From an uncultured bacterium (lineage in GTDB: Bacteria; Fidelibacterota; Marinisomatia; Marinisomatales; JAHJCW01), in NCBI GenBank assembly GCA_963715945.1, contig CAVQSL010000015.1, forward strand, positions 270,955-334,954: a DNA stretch of 64,000 bases, written 5' to 3'. The notes under the pieces are model-generated. The model worked only from the letters and a program-made list of their open reading frames with translations. It made no database searches and was not told the DNA's origin. A program made the translations under genes and the position numbers. Within the stretch, counting starts at the first letter, position 1. Each line of letters opens with the position of its first letter. Below, in pieces: positions 60,044 through 64,000 of the stretch.

Positions 60044-60892
60044 TTATTTTTTGCCCCTTGCTTTCTTACTTATTGCTTTCCACATCAACTTTGGAATTTT
60101 TTCCAATTCATTAAATTCACCGGCGCCTTTTAACCATTCTCCACCATCAATTGTGATCACGTCACCGTTAATATACCCCGCTTCATCACTCACTAAATAC
60201 GCGGCCAAATTAGCTAATTCAATGTGTTCTCCAAAGCGTTTTAGTGGAATCCTCTCCTTCATCTTTTTCTCGACTCCGAAGCCGGGTGGAGCCAATCGTT
60301 TCCATGCTCCCTTTGTTGGAAATGGTCCCGGGGCTATTGCCACATGCCTGATACCATATTTTGCCCATTCCACCGCAAGTGATTTTGTTATTGCCAAAAC
60401 TCCAGCTTTCGCCGCCGCTGAGGGGACAACGTAACCTGAGCCAGTCCAGGCATACGTAGTAACAATGTTTAAAACTGTGCCATTTTTTGCTTTTATCATT
60501 TCTTTGCCGACGGCTTGTGTAAAATTAAATGTCCCGTTTAATACAATATCAACGACTACTTTAAAGCCACCAGGTGTTAATAATTCTGTCGGACTAATGA
60601 AATTCCCTGCAGCATTATTTACTAAAATATCAATTTTACCAAATTTATTAATTGTTTCATCAACCACACCTTGTACTTCATTCGGTTTGCGAACATCACA
60701 AGCAATTGGCAAAACTTCTGCACCAGTTTCCCGTAATTCTACTGCTGCTTCATCTAAAATTTCTTGCTTTCTGCTGGTAATAACTAAATTTGCGCCCAAT
60801 TCTCCAAAGCGCATCGCCATCGATTTTCCTAATCCAGTACCGCCACCAGTTATGATAATCGTTTTATTGTTTAATAAATCTTTTTGGAACAT
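60044..60892 (-). CDS. SDR-family oxidoreductase, 2,4-dienoyl-CoA reductase-like
   Basis: NAD(P) motif TGGGTGLGKSMA, plus LVNNAAGNF and SAAAKAGVLAITKSLAVEW. The start is placed at MFQKDLL; the ORF itself opens at 60943. Confidence 0.8.
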   Translation of the reverse strand: MFQKDLLNNKTIIITGGGTGLGKSMAMRFGELGANLVITSRKQEILDEAAVELRETGAEVLPIACDVRKPNEVQGVVDETINKFGKIDILVNNAAGNFISPTELLTPGGFKVVVDIVLNGTFNFTQAVGKEMIKAKNGTVLNIVTTYAWTGSGYVVPSAAAKAGVLAITKSLAVEWAKYGIRHVAIAPGPFPTKGAWKRLAPPGFGVEKKMKERIPLKRFGEHIELANLAAYLVSDEAGYINGDVITIDGGEWLKGAGEFNELEKIPKLMWKAISKKARGKK

Positions 60893-61043
60893 GATTTTCC
60901 TTTCCTTTTTAAAATAAGAGTGCGAATTTATTAAAAAAGTCATGTAAGGTAATCATTATTATATAATCACTGACTTGTGTTCTGTAGTCACATCATGTAA
61001 ATTAATTGTTATAATTATAGGATTATTACAAAAAGGAAATATC

Positions 61044-61451
61044 ATGAACGAAAAAGATAAAATAATATTCGATTTGGATTCAGAAGGATTTTTCATTTTA
61101 GATAAATTGTCAAAATGGAATAAGATTATTGGAATGTTCCTGATTGTTATGGGAATAATTACTCTACTAGGCATTTTTGCTGATAGCTCCAACTTGGCAT
61201 TAGCCACTTTAACAATACTAATTAGCGTTTTTATGGTCTATCTTGGAACGCGACTAAATTCAGCGGCTTCCAATTTTAAACATAGTATTTATGAGGAAGA
61301 TTCGGAAGGTTTAAAAATCGGATTGAACAATCTCCGACAGTATTTTATGATAACTGGGATAACCTATATTGTGGTGATTATTTTTATGATAATCGCGATG
61401 GTCGCAGCAGCATTTTTCGGATTTGCTGTTGATGAATTTTCAGACTTTTAA
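61044..61451 (+). CDS. membrane protein, unknown function
   Basis: The ATG at 61044 follows aaggaaa. The product is about 135 aa with three hydrophobic helices. Confidence 0.4.
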   Translation: MNEKDKIIFDLDSEGFFILDKLSKWNKIIGMFLIVMGIITLLGIFADSSNLALATLTILISVFMVYLGTRLNSAASNFKHSIYEEDSEGLKIGLNNLRQYFMITGITYIVVIIFMIIAMVAAAFFGFAVDEFSDF

Positions 61452-61453
61452 AA

Positions 61454-61795
61454 CTAGTCACCGCTAAAAAAATCTTCTAACTTATCCATAAACGTTTTTT
61501 TAGCCTTTTCCTTAACTGCTTCTTCGATGTCTTCTTTATTTTCTTTTACGTTTTCTTTACTGCTCGAAACAGTTTCTTTAACGCTTTCTTTAATTTCATC
61601 AAAAGATTTGGGAATACTGCGTCCGGTCCACAATAGAAAAGCACTATAAATAACAAATGCGGTTAGAACAATCATAGCTAGCTTGAATAATCTCTTAATC
61701 ACGCCCCATACGATCAGCACTGCAATTATTACTGCCAAAATTAAAAAGAAAGGATTATGCAATAAATTGGTGAAGGTTTCAATCCATCCGTTCAT
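61454..61795 (-). CDS. small membrane protein with charged C-terminal tail
   Basis: 113-aa ORF with two transmembrane helices and a Lys/Glu-rich tail. Confidence 0.35.
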   Translation of the reverse strand: MNGWIETFTNLLHNPFFLILAVIIAVLIVWGVIKRLFKLAMIVLTAFVIYSAFLLWTGRSIPKSFDEIKESVKETVSSSKENVKENKEDIEEAVKEKAKKTFMDKLEDFFSGD

Positions 61796-61878
61796 TTAAA
61801 AGTTCTCCTGTTTATGCAATCTTTTTACTGTAAATAATAATAATGTTTTGTAAAATTCCGTAACCAATTTAAAACAAG

Positions 61879-62520
61879 TTGCCAGTGAAGAGAAACCATT
61901 TAAAATCCACAATAATATTCATGCTTTTCGCATTAGCGATATCATTTGGTCAGTCAAAATATCCGGCTGATACGCTATTGATATCAAAAGATGTGTCGCT
62001 GTTAAAAAAAATGGGGATTCTACCAATTGCCGCGTTTCAGCGATTTTCCTACAATGCGCATGGACTAAATTGCCAATTCTACCCAAGTTGCAGTAATTAC
62101 GGCGCTCAAGCAATTAGAGATTACGGTATCTTGCGCGGAAGTTTTATGGCATCGGATCGTATAGTCCGCTGTAATCCGAGTTCGTCGGAGGATCATTTAA
62201 AACATGGCGGGGAATTTCAACCTACTGACTTGCGATTGATTGACCCTGTTCATCTACCAAAACCATTAATTCGTAAAAAATCACCTGCTTTGGCGGCATC
62301 GTTTTCAGCAGTAATTCCAGGCAGCGGCAGAATGTACGCCAACCGGTGGTTTGATGGATTTATGGGATTATCGCAATTCTTGCTATATGCAGCCATTACC
62401 AACTATGCCTATCAAAATGATTGGAAAGCGTTAACTGTAATTTCCGGAGGAGTTACCTTTATTATATATGGTGGAGAAATTTACGGGGCGTATCGCACGG
62501 CTAAATATTATCAACCGTAA
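61879..62520 (+). CDS. YidD-domain (membrane protein insertion efficiency factor-like) protein with a C-terminal membrane extension
   Basis: 213-aa ORF. YidD signature: FQRFSYNAHGLNCQFYPSCSNYGAQAIRDYGILRGSFMASDRIVRCNP. About 90 extra C-terminal residues contain two hydrophobic helices. Confidence 0.6.
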   Translation: MPVKRNHLKSTIIFMLFALAISFGQSKYPADTLLISKDVSLLKKMGILPIAAFQRFSYNAHGLNCQFYPSCSNYGAQAIRDYGILRGSFMASDRIVRCNPSSSEDHLKHGGEFQPTDLRLIDPVHLPKPLIRKKSPALAASFSAVIPGSGRMYANRWFDGFMGLSQFLLYAAITNYAYQNDWKALTVISGGVTFIIYGGEIYGAYRTAKYYQP

Positions 62521-62521
62521 T

Positions 62522-62863
62522 TTAGTGTGTAACAATTAAAACTGCAATTGCAATACCTACACCATTGGCTAGCATGTCGCCCCAATCAAACCGCTTTTTT
62601 CTGGTATGACTATCATTTAATTCTTTTGCCATTCCAAGCGATATAGCTGAACCTATCGAGTAAGATAGTGCATTATCCTGACCAAAGTCTGATTTATTCT
62701 CTAATATATATTGACTACTTAATGTCCATAAACAACTGAAAGCAACGTGTTGAATTTTATCATAACCAATTGTCTTGTGATGTGTCTTTAAACTGTCCGG
62801 TGTTACATTTTGACTAAAGCAAATGCTAAATATTATTATAATTGCTACAGTAACTGCTTTCAT
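62522..62863 (-). CDS. small exported/membrane protein, DUF2279 (YfiM)-like candidate
   Basis: 113-aa ORF with a signal sequence, a DKIQH motif and a C-terminal GDMLANGVGIAIA helix. Confidence 0.3.
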   Translation of the reverse strand: MKAVTVAIIIIFSICFSQNVTPDSLKTHHKTIGYDKIQHVAFSCLWTLSSQYILENKSDFGQDNALSYSIGSAISLGMAKELNDSHTRKKRFDWGDMLANGVGIAIAVLIVTH

Positions 62864-63022
62864 ATAATGACCATTATTTCATCAGAATTTATATTTTAAA
62901 ATTGTAATTTTCATAACACAAATCATTTTGTTCTCAATATTTTTATGTATAGTAAAAACTTAAATTAAAAGAAAATGATTAAATTGATTTTAATTAACTA
63001 TCTGGTTTTAAAAAACTAACTT

Positions 63023-63451
63023 ATGGTGAAAATTGGTTACACGACAGGGGTTTTTGATTTATTTCATATTGGTCATTTGAATATCTTGCGTAATGCAAAA
63101 CTTGAATGCGATTATCTTATTGTTGGCATAACAACCGATGAATTGTCATTAAAGGAAAAAGGCAGAACACCCGTTATTCCTTTTTCTGAGAGGATGACTA
63201 TAGTTGAAAGTATCAAATATGTGGATTCTGTTGTCCCTCAGGTAAATTATGACAAAATTGAAGCGTGGAATAATTTAAAATTTAATATAATGTTCGTAGG
63301 TGATGATTGGAAGGGAACAGAAAAATGGAACACGTTAGACTATAAATTTAAAAATCTTGGAGTCAAAATATCCTATTTCCCGTATACTCAGCAAACTTCT
63401 AGTAGCAAAATCAGAAAAATTTTAGATTTAATCTATGAAGATAATAAATAA
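63023..63451 (+). CDS. tagD: glycerol-3-phosphate cytidylyltransferase
   Basis: 142-aa ORF. GYTTGVFDLFHIGHLNILRNAK supplies the HxGH motif, RTPVIPFSERMTIVESIKYVD is present, and the size is typical of TagD. Confidence 0.8.
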   Translation: MVKIGYTTGVFDLFHIGHLNILRNAKLECDYLIVGITTDELSLKEKGRTPVIPFSERMTIVESIKYVDSVVPQVNYDKIEAWNNLKFNIMFVGDDWKGTEKWNTLDYKFKNLGVKISYFPYTQQTSSSKIRKILDLIYEDNK

Positions 63452-63465
63452 TTGGAATTATATTT

Positions 63466-64000
63466 TTGTCCGGTAATTTAAAATTAGTTGGGGAATTGCA
63501 TACTACTGCAAAAAAAATGCTTAGAAAAGTGTGCGGGATTCTAGACAAATACAACATACCATATGTTCTTGAGGGTGGAACTCTTTTAGGTATCATCAGG
63601 GAAAACAGATTGTTACCGTGGGACAATGATCTGGATTTAACAATAACTGAACAAAACATGGACAATGTTTTAAAATTAAAAAGAGTTTTTTGGTGGGCCG
63701 GATATAAAATTAGACCAAGAAAATCCAAAAAGGAGATGCCTCACTTTCCAGTTAATTCTGTTCGTTTGTTAAAAATTAAAAGGAAAAAATATTTTTTCGC
63801 TACAGGAATCGGTTTAATGGATATCTTTGTTAAGAAAAAAATTAATGGCAAATATTATTGGATAGTTGGACAACATGATCACGTATTAAAGTCCGTCCCG
63901 TCTCATTTTTATGAGAACTTTACCAGATACAATTTCGAAGGATATGAGTATTCTATCCCTGCTGAATATGAGGAATATCTTACTTATCGTTATGGGGATT
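63466..64000 (+). CDS. LicD-family phosphotransferase (partial; runs off the window)
   Basis: The frame is open from 63448 to the end of the window, with a candidate TTG start at 63466. LicD motifs are YNIPYVLEGGTLLGIIRENRLLPWDNDLDL and YLTYRYGD. Confidence 0.65.
   Translation, partial: MSGNLKLVGELHTTAKKMLRKVCGILDKYNIPYVLEGGTLLGIIRENRLLPWDNDLDLTITEQNMDNVLKLKRVFWWAGYKIRPRKSKKEMPHFPVNSVRLLKIKRKKYFFATGIGLMDIFVKKKINGKYYWIVGQHDHVLKSVPSHFYENFTRYNFEGYEYSIPAEYEEYLTYRYGD

Noticed and set aside
157-61207. Many other ORFs of 60-170 aa in the track that overlap longer ORFs on the opposite strand or in another frame (for example 157..462, 652..915, 12493..12846, 21416..21937, 30482..30871, 41499..41828, 60051..60434, 60465..60917, 60959..61207).
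   Set aside because: Each lies inside a longer ORF with clear family motifs. They show the Ser/Ile/Phe-rich composition typical of antisense frames in AT-rich DNA, so they are treated as non-coding.
1-64000. A prophage, ICE, transposon, toxin-antitoxin or defence system.
   Set aside because: No integrase, transposase, phage structural, relaxase, restriction-modification, Cas or other recognisable defence-type motifs were seen in any frame of the ORF track.

Overview
This is an AT-rich bacterial window (about one-third G+C by eye) with no rRNA, CRISPR array, transposase or integrase. All homology calls come from reading motifs by eye; no searches were run. Three proteins end in T9SS type-A sorting tails and many are lipoproteins, which suggests an FCB-superphylum-like organism.

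Layout:
- 1-10 kb: a secreted-protein neighbourhood. It holds two diverged CotH-kinase paralogs with T9SS tails, a B-repeat lipoprotein with an AlkP/NPP-type phosphoesterase domain and a near-perfect 429-bp tandem duplication, an SdiA-regulated-like propeller, and a lamin-tail-domain lipoprotein.
- 10-16 kb: two HisKA_3 sensor kinases flanking one NarL-type regulator.
- 16.9-20.7 kb: a KamA radical-SAM aminomutase, two Ddl-like ATP-grasp ligases and a GNAT.
- 22.7-26 kb: a TetR / TonB-dependent receptor / HmuY-like unit.
- 26.2-29.2 kb: system II cytochrome c maturation genes (ccsB/ccsA).
- 29.2-45 kb: the headline feature, a roughly 16-kb multiheme-cytochrome island. I count 87 canonical CXXCH motifs in eight proteins. 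It also encodes two cytochrome b subunits, an NrfC/NrfD-type pair, a NapC/NirT-type anchor, a beta-barrel outer-membrane protein, a double-rhodanese lipoprotein and a Cys-rich MerR regulator. I read this as a membrane-to-surface electron conduit (a porin-cytochrome-like system).
- 45-64 kb: a second TonB receptor pair, a large SGNH-FN3-cadherin-like T9SS substrate, and housekeeping-type genes (HAD, Nudix, ROK kinase, SDR, AEC transporter, TagD, LicD).

Caveat: at least 35 reading-frame breaks are visible, and they are densest at 36.5-42 kb. Several of the junctions I inspected sit on homopolymer runs. Assembly indels and genuine gene decay cannot be told apart from this sequence alone.
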